A stretch of 46,239 bases of DNA from Gammaproteobacteria bacterium (GTDB lineage: Bacteria; Pseudomonadota; Gammaproteobacteria; Steroidobacterales; Steroidobacteraceae), in assembly GCA_041690875.1 (NCBI GenBank), contig JBEPVS010000001.1:1-46239 (forward strand), in the 5' to 3' direction. Below the pieces are notes generated by a model. That model did not search any database, was not told where the DNA came from, and saw nothing but the letters and a program-made list of their open reading frames with translations. Shown piece after piece: positions 9,038 through 16,838 of the stretch (position 1 is its first letter; the number at the start of each line of letters is the position of its first letter). A program made the position numbers and the translations under genes.

Positions 9038-10995
9038 AGGCGCGGCGAGATGTTCAGATGCAAGCGTGCGCCAGGCAAGGTGTCGAACCCCGGCGCGTGC
9101 AGTGCCTTGGCAACGTCGATGCCAACCGTGACTACCGGCAGGCGCCAGCGGAAACCCACGCCTACAGCGATCGCCAGTTTGTCGTCGAGACGGTCGAGCG
9201 CATTGCCGAAATCGGAGAACACCGCCACGCCCAGGTTGCGCGGCAGGTCGCGCTCGAATTCGACGGTGCCGGTGAGCAGGTGGCGGCCGCCGATACGCTG
9301 CGACACGAAGCGGTCGAACGGCTGTCCCTGGTTGGGTCCGGTGTCGAAGGTGCCGGTCTGGCGCACGGTGCGCAGCGGCGACAGGTCGTCGTAGCCGAAA
9401 CCGCGCACGCTGCGGTCACCGCCAGCGAAGAAACGGTATGCGGCAGGCAGCTGGTCGAAATTGTGCACGGCGCTGATGCCGACTTCGCCGCGCAACAGCA
9501 GGTGCCAGAGACGGCTGAGGTTGAATACCTGTTCCGAGCGCACGTCGAGGCGCAGGAAGCTGGACTTGGCGCCAAGCGCGCTGGTCGAGCCGTCAAGCTG
9601 CGCATACAGCGAGCGTGAGAACAGGTCTTCGCCCAGGTAGCCCTCGGGTATCGCGGCAACGACGATGCTCGGCACCACCAGGTTGTCGACCTTGCTGTTG
9701 TCGATTGCGTCGCTGGTGACATCGTGCACGAATTTGGCGGCGAACACCCGCTGCCAGTGGCCGGTGCTAAAGCTGATGGTGGGAGCCAACGACACCTCGC
9801 GGGTGTCGATCTCGGCGCTGCTGGTGGTGAAGCCGGTATCCGGGGCCACCGGCGCCGGCAGCAAAGTCTGTGTGTAGACGTTGCTGCCGATATGCTGGGT
9901 CTGGTCGATGAATTGCAACGAAAATTTTTCCAGCACCGGATCGCCAAAAGGCACGTCGTAGCGGGCGTTGATGTTCTGCGTGGTCTCCGATACCTGCAGC
10001 GAGACACGCATGCGGTGGCCGCGATCGTTGATGCGTGGGTTGAGCCAGCTGACGGTGATGCGTGCACCCGTGTCCGTGGCGTAGCCGGGCCCGATTGAGT
10101 AGGTGCTGCGCGCGGCCTTGGCGGCAATCTGGATCGGCACAATGTGCGTCACCGGGTCACGCTGACCGAGCACCATGTCGACGTTGGAAAAGAATTCACT
10201 GTCATCGAGCGCGAATTGCGTGCGCAACAGCTTGCCGGCGTCGTAGGGTTCACCTTCGCGGTAGCGCAGGTAGCGGACGATCTGCGAGTCACGGATCGCA
10301 TTCTGGTCGATGGTCGTGGCGCCGAAGCGATAGCGCTCGCCGGTCTCGATTTCGATGATCACGTTGGCGCGGTGCGCGGCCGGATCGACCAACAGATCGC
10401 TGCGCAGCAGCCGCGCATCGAGGTAACCGAACGTAGCGGCCGCCGACTGCAGATCGCTCTTCACCTTTTCATAAGCGGCGTGCTCGAGCCGCGCGCGCTC
10501 GTGCTGCGCGCGGCCGGCGGCGACGCGCGCGAACACGGGATCGTCCGCGCCGGCGCCCTGGATGCTGATGGTGACACTGTCGATCAGCACCGGTTCGCCA
10601 GGCTTGATATCGATGTGCACGCGCCAGTTGCGCTGTTCGTCCTCGGGCGTCAGGCTCGCCTTGATCACCGGCTCGTAGTAGCCGAATGGGCGCAATGCAT
10701 CGCGCACTTCGCCGTCGACGCGCCGGAACAGGCGCGCCACCGCATCGGGCTCGATGCGGTCGCGGTCCTTGTAGCTTTCGAGGCTGAGCAGTGCGAGTAC
10801 GTTGCGCCGCAGGTCACCGTCAACGCCTTCGATCTCGACGCGGATCTCGGCCGAGACCGGCCGCGCCAGCAACACCGCCAGCATTGTCGCCAGCGCCAGC
10901 ACGCGCGCATGCAAGCGCAGCAGCCCGGGACGGGTAACGGCAGCGTGGATCGGGCGCGCGAATTTCACCAGATTTTGAGTGGCCGGGACCGTCAT
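9034..10995 (-). CDS. tamA: Translocation and assembly module outer-membrane subunit TamA (Omp85 family)
   Basis: Signal peptide ...MLAVLLARPVSA/EIRVEIEG, POTRA-like repeats and a C-terminal Omp85 barrel ending in aromatic-rich strands. Sits immediately upstream of tamB. ATG 10995 has a GGA 7 nt upstream. The ORF-track GTG 11016 would overlap nudC by 10 nt. Confidence 0.85.
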   Translation of the reverse strand: MTVPATQNLVKFARPIHAAVTRPGLLRLHARVLALATMLAVLLARPVSAEIRVEIEGVDGDLRRNVLALLSLESYKDRDRIEPDAVARLFRRVDGEVRDALRPFGYYEPVIKASLTPEDEQRNWRVHIDIKPGEPVLIDSVTISIQGAGADDPVFARVAAGRAQHERARLEHAAYEKVKSDLQSAAATFGYLDARLLRSDLLVDPAAHRANVIIEIETGERYRFGATTIDQNAIRDSQIVRYLRYREGEPYDAGKLLRTQFALDDSEFFSNVDMVLGQRDPVTHIVPIQIAAKAARSTYSIGPGYATDTGARITVSWLNPRINDRGHRMRVSLQVSETTQNINARYDVPFGDPVLEKFSLQFIDQTQHIGSNVYTQTLLPAPVAPDTGFTTSSAEIDTREVSLAPTISFSTGHWQRVFAAKFVHDVTSDAIDNSKVDNLVVPSIVVAAIPEGYLGEDLFSRSLYAQLDGSTSALGAKSSFLRLDVRSEQVFNLSRLWHLLLRGEVGISAVHNFDQLPAAYRFFAGGDRSVRGFGYDDLSPLRTVRQTGTFDTGPNQGQPFDRFVSQRIGGRHLLTGTVEFERDLPRNLGVAVFSDFGNALDRLDDKLAIAVGVGFRWRLPVVTVGIDVAKALHAPGFDTLPGARLHLNISPRL

Positions 10996-11006
10996 GGTTC
11001 CGGAAT

Positions 11007-11930
11007 TCAATTGCACGGCGTGAGTGCCGTGCCGGTAACGCTGCGGTACCAGGCATCGATCAATCGCCGCGCGATGGTGTACACGGGCGGCAGCACCGCC
11101 TGGTTCGCAGCCAGTTCCGCGGCGCTGAACCAGCGCGCATGCTCCAGTTCGCCGTCCAGCTGCACCGGCTCGCTCCGGTCGGCCGTCGCGTGGAATCCCA
11201 GCATCAGTGATGCGGGAAAAGGCCAGGGCTGCGATGCAAAATAGCGAACGTTGCCGGCGTGCACGCCGGTCTCCTCGAGCACTTCCCGAACCACGGTGTC
11301 TTCGAGCGTTTCACCCGCCTCGACGAAGCCCGCCAGCGTCGAGTAGCGTCCGTCGGGCCACGACGCCTGCCGTCCGAGCAGCGCGTGATCGCCGTCGCTG
11401 ACCAGCACAATGACAGCCGGATCGAGCCGCGGAAAAAATTCCGCGCCACACTCGGTGCTGGTGCAACGCAGGCAATGGCCGGCCTGCCGCGGCGCAGTCG
11501 GCGCGCCGCAGACGCCACAATGCCGGTGGCGCTCGCGCCAGATCTGCAGCGCACGCGCGCTGATCAGCAGCGCTGCCTGCGGCTCCGGCAGTTCGGTGAG
11601 CAGCGGGCGCAGCTCCTCGAATTCCGTATCATCGGGAAATACACCGCGCCCGGGTTGCGCCTCAAGCAGCACGCAACACCGGCCTTCGAACCATCCCAGC
11701 AGCAGCAGCTTGGTGGCGTCCGCGGCGCGCACCAGAGGATGGAGCGAGTCAAGGAAGGCGATCGAGGTCGAAGCGCCGCGCCTCACCAGGTGACGCGTGC
11801 CGCTGGCCACGAGGAACAGGGTGCCCGTGTCGGCCAGTGCCTGGGCCGCCCAAGTCTCAGTCTCGCGCAAGTGCGCGCGGCGCTCCAGCCAGGCGCCGGT
11901 AAAGGGATTGCCGCCAAATTCCGCCGTCAT
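11007..11930 (-). CDS. nudC: NAD(+) diphosphatase (NADH pyrophosphatase)
   Basis: Zinc ribbon CGVCGAPT...CLRCTSTECG, Nudix box GFVEAGETLEDTVVREVLEETGV and the NudC-specific SQPWPFPASLMLGF motif. Confidence 0.85.
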   Translation of the reverse strand: MTAEFGGNPFTGAWLERRAHLRETETWAAQALADTGTLFLVASGTRHLVRRGASTSIAFLDSLHPLVRAADATKLLLLGWFEGRCCVLLEAQPGRGVFPDDTEFEELRPLLTELPEPQAALLISARALQIWRERHRHCGVCGAPTAPRQAGHCLRCTSTECGAEFFPRLDPAVIVLVSDGDHALLGRQASWPDGRYSTLAGFVEAGETLEDTVVREVLEETGVHAGNVRYFASQPWPFPASLMLGFHATADRSEPVQLDGELEHARWFSAAELAANQAVLPPVYTIARRLIDAWYRSVTGTALTPCN

Positions 11931-11955
11931 CGGGCCGCTGCCTGCATGGCCCGAT
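11929..11955. promoter_or_regulatory. Inverted repeat ATCGGGCC-N11-GGCCCGAT spanning the nudC start codon
   Basis: Perfect 8-bp arms read directly (11929-11936 and 11948-11955). An extended -10-like TGATAATAT on the minus strand abuts it at 11954-11962. Confidence 0.3.
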
Positions 11956-12011
11956 ATTATCAGTTGGCCGTTTGAGGACCCGCTGGAAGTACCGCCTTTT
12001 GGTGGCTGAGG

Positions 12012-12608
12012 TCAGGCGGGCGGGCGAGGGCGACGCACGGTGCTGCATGCCTGCGGCGTGCGCGGATCGGCTTCTGCGCACACGGCACAGCGCGGCGGCC
12101 GCAACGCCAGCGCATCGACGACCACGAGGGCGCCGCAACCCTGGCAATCCGCCAACGCGAGTTCGGTCCCGCGCGCCAACGCACTCACCAGCAGCACGGC
12201 GTGCTCGAAGCCAATGCCCGGCGCGCTGACGATCGCCCGATACACGTCATAGGCCTGGCACAGGGCCGACGCGCGCGCGACGCCCGCCAGCGGTGCCGCG
12301 GCCGGACGCTCGGGCCGCCGCCGTTCCACAGCGCCAACCAGGCAGCACAGCGCCGCCAGGGCGCCCGCTTCGTGCCGAAGCCGTGTCGTGCGCAGGAAAA
12401 ACGCAGGCTGCTGCGGCGACTTGCCGCGGTGGCGCGTGACGCGCCGGCCACCCTCCTGCAGGTAGGAGCGATAGAGCTTGCGGATACGGTCATCGGTGAG
12501 CCCCGTCCACTGCCGGATCGTGTGCGTGCGCGCTTCGTGGTGGATGAAATGCATGGCGATATCGAGACGCTGGCGGTCGCGGCTGTAGCGGTCGTCGGAG
12601 ATGCGCAT
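12012..12608 (-). CDS. FlhC-like transcriptional regulator (non-flagellar context)
   Basis: ATG 12608 is preceded by GAGG. The ORF-track TTG 12665 lies inside the palindrome. By eye, RQRLDIAMHFIHHEARTHTIRQWTGLTDDRIRKLY matches E. coli FlhC [34 protein letters not shown]. The C-terminal CQGC-N15-CAVC is spaced like the FlhC zinc site. Confidence 0.6.
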   Translation of the reverse strand: MRISDDRYSRDRQRLDIAMHFIHHEARTHTIRQWTGLTDDRIRKLYRSYLQEGGRRVTRHRGKSPQQPAFFLRTTRLRHEAGALAALCCLVGAVERRRPERPAAAPLAGVARASALCQAYDVYRAIVSAPGIGFEHAVLLVSALARGTELALADCQGCGALVVVDALALRPPRCAVCAEADPRTPQACSTVRRPRPPA

Positions 12609-12647
12609 GGTGACCTCACTCGCCGGTATTCCGGCTTCTTGGTAGAA

Positions 12648-12665
12648 TTGGGATAAATATCCCAA
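12648..12665. promoter_or_regulatory. Perfect AT-rich palindrome TTGGGATA-AA-TATCCCAA in the divergent control region (candidate operator)
   Basis: 8-bp arms and a 2-bp spacer read directly. It overlaps a minus-strand sigma70-like promoter TTGGAA(12684-12679)-N17-GATATT(12661-12656) pointing at the FlhC-like gene. Confidence 0.4.
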
Positions 12666-12729
12666 ATTACCGGGTGGCTTCCAAGCCCCTTACGCAGCAA
12701 ATTTGACACCGGAACGCAGAGGAACGCAT

Positions 12730-13332
12730 ATGCCCGAGCCGCAGTACATCGTCGCCGCAGCCGGCGGCAACTGGGATCACACCGTGATCGAGCCGCTGGC
12801 CGAGCTCAATCTCGAGGTGCTTGATGCACTGCTGGGCGCTGGCAGCAGTCTCGGCTGGCGCTGGCGCGCGCTGGGAGACGACGCACGCGTGCGACTGACG
12901 CGTTGCCCGTTTCTGCTCGTCGACGTCGGCGGGGCGCAGCCGCAACTGTGGTCGAGCCTGCCGCGCGTCGGCGTGCACGAGGCGCAGGCGGTATCGGCGT
13001 TGCTCGCGCAGCGCGGTCCGCTGCCCACGCCGCTGCTGCGGCGCGTGCTGCTGTTCGCCTGGCACCTTGCGCGCGCCAATCCGCTGGCGGCGCGCATCAC
13101 GCTCGGCATGAGCGCGCCGTGCGCGGCCCTGGTGGCCGCCTGCCGTTTCGCCGACCTCGAAGCGCTGGCCGAGCGCCGCCCCGCCTGGATCCGGCCGCGC
13201 TGGCACGATCGCACCGAAATATGGCAAGCATGGCTCGTGGCGGCCGCCGAGGAATCGCCGCGTGGACTGGAAAACCTGCAGCTCTGGGGCCTGCAAATGC
13301 TGGCGGCCGACGTGCTCGGGCGCCGCGGCTGA
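12730..13332 (+). CDS. Hypothetical protein with FlhD-like segment
   Basis: ATG 12730 is preceded by GAGGA. LLFAWHLARANPLAARITLGMSAPCAALVAACRFADLEALAERRPAWIRPRW aligns by eye with E. coli FlhD [52 protein letters not shown]. About 200 aa, nearly twice the length of FlhD. Coding status is fairly secure; the function is inferred. Confidence 0.45.
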   Translation: MPEPQYIVAAAGGNWDHTVIEPLAELNLEVLDALLGAGSSLGWRWRALGDDARVRLTRCPFLLVDVGGAQPQLWSSLPRVGVHEAQAVSALLAQRGPLPTPLLRRVLLFAWHLARANPLAARITLGMSAPCAALVAACRFADLEALAERRPAWIRPRWHDRTEIWQAWLVAAAEESPRGLENLQLWGLQMLAADVLGRRG

Positions 13333-13449
13333 ACTCTAAGAGCAATCCGCGATGGCGCCGCGTCCTCGCGGTGGAAAACTGCCAATACAGGCTCTACTAT
13401 TGCGCCCTTGCTGCGCGGCTCCGATAACAGGCAAAAGCGAGGTCCAATC

Positions 13450-14394
13450 ATGTGGGGGAAAGTCGTGAATACTGCATTGACGCTGGCGATCACAGCCGGC
13501 CTCACGAGTTTCGCTGCCGTCAGCAACGTGCAGGCGGGCGAGAAAGACACCAAGCCGCCCGAGATTCCGACCTGTGACCACAAGATTGGTACGCTGGCGG
13601 TCACTGAACCCGAGAAGCGCTGGTGGCAGGACCTCAACCTCGAGTCACCGGAGGCGCTGATCAAGATTTTCGTCTCGCAGTCGCACTGCTTCACGCTGGT
13701 CGATCGCGGCAAGGGCCTGGCCGCGGCACAGGCCGAGCGCGCGCTGGCGGGCGAGGGCGAAATGCGCGGCGGTTCAAACATCGGCAAGGGCCAGATGAAA
13801 GCGGCTGACTATGTGCTCGTGCCCGACATCGTCAACCAGAATGGCAATTCCGGCGGCCGCCACATTGGCGGCATTCTCGGCGGCTTCGTGCCGGGCCTGG
13901 CCGGTGCAGTGCTCGGCGGCATCAGCCTGAAGAGCAAGACGGCCGACGTCGTGCTGACGCTGACAGACGTGCGTTCGACCGAACAGGTTTCACTGCAGCA
14001 GGGGCATGCGAAGAAGACCGACCTCGGCTGGGGCGCAGGGGGCGGCTTGGGTTTCTTCGGCGGATTCGCCGCCGGCGGCGCCAGCAGCTACGCCAACACC
14101 GAGATCGGCCAGGTCGTCACGATGGCCTACCTCGATGCGTTCTCGAAACTGGTCACCGACGTCAAGGCGATCCAGCCCAATGCCAAGGCCGACAACGTGA
14201 CGCAGTCGGTGTCGATGTCGAAGCCCGGCAAGCTCTACGCCGAGCCGAACCTGAAGTCCGCCGTCGTGCGCGATCTCGATCCGGGCATGACGATGTACCC
14301 GACCGGTGACAAGCAAGGCATCTGGTGGAAAGTCACCGACGAACTCGGCAACGAGGGCTGGGTCCCATCCAGTCTCTTCCAGCTCGCGAAATAA
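13450..14394 (+). CDS. CsgG/HfaB family protein with C-terminal SH3 domain
   Basis: Sec signal MWGKVVNTALTLAITAGLTSFAAVSNVQA/GE with no lipobox Cys. CsgG-like blocks are ALIKIFVSQSHCFTLVDRGKGL, ADYVLVPDIV and a Gly-rich loop followed by ADVVLTLTDVRS. The C-terminal SH3_3-like segment is KLYAEPNLKSAVVRDLDPGMTMYPTGDKQGIWWKVTDELGNEGWVPS. Confidence 0.7.
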   Translation: MWGKVVNTALTLAITAGLTSFAAVSNVQAGEKDTKPPEIPTCDHKIGTLAVTEPEKRWWQDLNLESPEALIKIFVSQSHCFTLVDRGKGLAAAQAERALAGEGEMRGGSNIGKGQMKAADYVLVPDIVNQNGNSGGRHIGGILGGFVPGLAGAVLGGISLKSKTADVVLTLTDVRSTEQVSLQQGHAKKTDLGWGAGGGLGFFGGFAAGGASSYANTEIGQVVTMAYLDAFSKLVTDVKAIQPNAKADNVTQSVSMSKPGKLYAEPNLKSAVVRDLDPGMTMYPTGDKQGIWWKVTDELGNEGWVPSSLFQLAK

Positions 14395-14395
14395 C

Positions 14396-15319
14396 TTGCT
14401 GGCGCTGTCGATACAGGGGCTGACCAAGACCTACCGCAACGGCGTACAAGCCCTGCGCGGCGTCGACCTCGACGTCGAGCAGGGTGATTTCTTCGCGCTG
14501 CTCGGCCCGAACGGCGCCGGCAAGACCACACTCATCGGCATCATCACCTCGCTCGTCAACAAAACGGCGGGCACGGCGAGCGTGTTCGGCTACGACCTGG
14601 ACCGCGAGCTCGAGCGCGCGAAATCCTGCATCGGCGTGGTGCCGCAGGAACTGAACTTCAACCAGTTCGAGACGCCGCTGACGATCGTCATCAATCAGGC
14701 CGGTTTCTACGGCATTCCGCGCGCGGTAGCGCGCGAGCGCGCCGAGAAATACCTGAAGCAGCTGCAACTCTGGGACAAGCGCAACGGCATGGCGCGCGGG
14801 CTCTCCGGCGGCATGAAGCGCCGGCTGATGATCGCGCGCGCGCTGATGCACGAACCGCGGCTGCTGGTGCTCGATGAACCGACCGCCGGCGTCGACATCG
14901 AGATCCGCCGTTCGATGTGGGAGTTTCTCAACGACATTAATGCGCGCGGCACCACCATCATTCTCACGACTCACTATCTCGAGGAAGCCGAGAATCTCTG
15001 CCGCAACATCGCCATCATCGACAACGGCCTAATCGTCGAGCGCGACCGCATGAGCAACCTGCTGCGCGGATTGCACACCGAGACCTTCGTGCTGAACCTG
15101 CGCGATCCGGTGGCGGCCGCGCCGCAGATCGCCGGGTTTGCGCTCACGCGCATCGACGATCACACGCTCGAGGCCGAAGTGTCGAAAGATCAGAGCCTGA
15201 ACGGACTGTTTGCGCAGCTCGCCGCGCAGCGGCTCGACGTGCTGTCGATGCGCAACAAGGTCAATCGCCTCGAAGAGGTGTTCATGCGGCTGGTCGAACA
15301 TCGAGGCGCCAATGGCTGA
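14396..15319 (+). CDS. ABC transporter ATP-binding protein (ABC-2 exporter type)
   Basis: TTG 14396 is the only plausible start, since the domain begins LSIQGLTKTY. It lies 1 nt after the CsgG-like stop. Walker A GPNGAGKTT, signature LSGGMKRRL, Walker B LLVLDEPTAGVD. Confidence 0.85.
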   Translation: MLALSIQGLTKTYRNGVQALRGVDLDVEQGDFFALLGPNGAGKTTLIGIITSLVNKTAGTASVFGYDLDRELERAKSCIGVVPQELNFNQFETPLTIVINQAGFYGIPRAVARERAEKYLKQLQLWDKRNGMARGLSGGMKRRLMIARALMHEPRLLVLDEPTAGVDIEIRRSMWEFLNDINARGTTIILTTHYLEEAENLCRNIAIIDNGLIVERDRMSNLLRGLHTETFVLNLRDPVAAAPQIAGFALTRIDDHTLEAEVSKDQSLNGLFAQLAAQRLDVLSMRNKVNRLEEVFMRLVEHRGANG

Positions 15320-16124
15320 CACGACTGCGGCAACCCTGCCCGCTGAGGCTTCTCTGAACGCGGTGCGCTGGACCGGATTCGTCACGATCATCATTCGCGA
15401 ATACAGCCGCATCGTGCGCATCTGGGGCCAGACGCTGGTGCCCTCGGCGGTGACGGCGATCCTGTACTTCGTGATCTTTGGGAGCCTCATCGGCCGGCGC
15501 GTCGGCCAGATGGGCGGCTTCGATTATATGCAGTACATCGCGCCCGGCCTGATCATGATGTCGGTGATCACCAACTCCTACGGCAACTCGGTGGCTTCGT
15601 TCTTCGGCGCCAAGTTCGGCAAGCATGTCGAGGAACTGCTGGTCTCGCCGCTCCCCAACTGGATCATCGTCTCCGGCTATGCGGCCGGTGGCCTGTTGCG
15701 CGGCCTGATGGTGGGCGCCGTCGTGACGGTCGTGTCGCTGATCTTCGCGCACCTGCCTGTGCAACACCTCGGCCTGCTGATTGCGGCGGTGCTGCTCACA
15801 TCGCTGATCTTCTCGCTCGGCGGCTTCATCAACGCGGTGTTCGCCAAGAACTTCGACCAGGTAAACTGGATTCCGGCTTTCGTGTTGACTCCGCTGACTT
15901 ATTTCGGCGGCGTGTTCTATTCGGTCGCGATGCTGCCGCCATGGGCGCGCGCGCTGTCGCACATCAATCCGATCCTGCACATGGTCAACGCGTTCCGCTA
16001 CGGATTCCTCGGCGTCAGCGATGTCAGCATCGCCGGCGCCTTCGCCATCATGGTGGGGCTGGCGATCGTGTTGTTCGTCGTAGCACTGCAGTTGATGAAC
16101 CGGGGCGTGGGCATCCGCGAGTAG
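15312..16124 (+). CDS. ABC-2 type transporter permease
   Basis: ATG 15312 overlaps the ATPase gene by 8 nt. The protein has six hydrophobic helices and an N-terminus FVTIIIREYSRIVRIWGQTLVPS typical of ABC-2 (YadH-like) permeases. Confidence 0.85.
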   Translation: MADTTAATLPAEASLNAVRWTGFVTIIIREYSRIVRIWGQTLVPSAVTAILYFVIFGSLIGRRVGQMGGFDYMQYIAPGLIMMSVITNSYGNSVASFFGAKFGKHVEELLVSPLPNWIIVSGYAAGGLLRGLMVGAVVTVVSLIFAHLPVQHLGLLIAAVLLTSLIFSLGGFINAVFAKNFDQVNWIPAFVLTPLTYFGGVFYSVAMLPPWARALSHINPILHMVNAFRYGFLGVSDVSIAGAFAIMVGLAIVLFVVALQLMNRGVGIRE

Positions 16125-16127
16125 TCG

Positions 16128-16157
16128 GCCGCGAGGGGCTCGGATCCCGCTCGCGGC
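16128..16157 (+). terminator. GC-rich hairpin after the ABC-2 operon (possible terminator, no U-tract)
   Basis: GCCGCGAG (16128-16135) pairs with CTCGCGGC (16150-16157), with an inner GGG/CCC. It starts 4 nt after stop 16122-16124. It is followed by AGCTGTATACAAAA rather than a T-run. Confidence 0.35.
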
Positions 16158-16241
16158 AGCTGTATACAAAATGCCCACGCGCTTCTGTAGTGGCTGAATT
16201 ATGTAGCGTAACTGGTTCACTCTATTGAGCGGAAAAAAGTG

Positions 16242-16259
16242 CTGTCACACAACTGTCAT
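16242..16259 (+). promoter_or_regulatory. Pho box (PhoB-binding site) CTGTCAC-ACAA-CTGTCAT
   Basis: Two 7-bp direct repeats with a 4-bp spacer (11-bp period), matching the enteric consensus CTGTCAT-A(A/T)A(T/A)-CTGTCA(C/T). It ends 36 nt upstream of the PAP2 ATG, inside an AT-enriched 171-bp intergenic region. Confidence 0.6.
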
Positions 16260-16295
16260 CGGACGGTAACCCGGCAGTAGCTTCTCTTCATCAGC

Positions 16296-16838
16296 ATGGC
16301 ACGCATGAATCGTGCACAGCTCGTACTCGCCCGGTTCGATGACGCCGAATACCGCGTATGCCGCGGACTCAATCGCGCGGCGGGACAACCGTGGGTGCGC
16401 GACACGATGCGGATCGCGAGCCGGCTCGGCGACGGCTTGCTTTGGTACCTGCTGCTGGCTTCGATGCCGTTGATTTTCGGGGCGGCAGCGATCCGGCCGG
16501 CGCTGGTCATGATGCTCACCGGCTTAGCCGGGCTCCTTATATACCGGCGCCTGAAGTCGACGCTGGTGCGCGAGCGTCCCTTCATCCGGTATCCCGGCAT
16601 CAAGCGGGCCATGGCGCCGCTCGATCGCTACAGCTTCCCATCGGGCCACACGCTACACGCGGTGTGCTTCACCTGCCAGGCGGTCGCGCATTTCCCCGTG
16701 CTGGGATGGGTGCTCGTGCCCATCGCCGCACTGATCGCGCTCTCGCGCGTCGTGCTCGGCCTCCACTATCCTACCGATGTGCTGGCCGGCGGCGCGATCG
16801 GCGCGTTGCTTGCGATCGGCGGGCTCGCGCTCGCATGA
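16296..16838 (+). CDS. PAP2 superfamily phosphatase (membrane lipid-phosphate phosphatase)
   Basis: All three acid-phosphatase motifs are present: KSTLVRERP, PSGH and SRVVLGLHYPTD. Multi-pass membrane protein. Confidence 0.85.
   Translation: MARMNRAQLVLARFDDAEYRVCRGLNRAAGQPWVRDTMRIASRLGDGLLWYLLLASMPLIFGAAAIRPALVMMLTGLAGLLIYRRLKSTLVRERPFIRYPGIKRAMAPLDRYSFPSGHTLHAVCFTCQAVAHFPVLGWVLVPIAALIALSRVVLGLHYPTDVLAGGAIGALLAIGGLALA

Noticed and set aside
12703-12708. Perfect -35 hexamer TTGACA upstream of the FlhD-like gene
   Set aside because: It is only 22 nt from ATG 12730, and the hexamer 17 nt downstream (GCATAT) is a poor -10. It would only work if the true start codon were further downstream, which I cannot support.
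13356-13373. Small hairpin CGCCGCG-TCCT-CGCGGTG after the FlhD-like gene as a terminator
   Set aside because: The stem is 7 bp with a G-U pair and no downstream T-run. This is too weak to call, so read-through into the CsgG-like operon remains possible. A weak sigma70-like TGGAAA-N17-TACTAT follows at 13372-13400.
16171-16197. 8-codon mini-ORF (MPTRFCSG) in the PAP2 upstream region as a leader peptide
   Set aside because: It has no Shine-Dalgarno sequence, lies upstream of the Pho box and therefore upstream of the likely promoter, and its codon content gives no attenuation logic.
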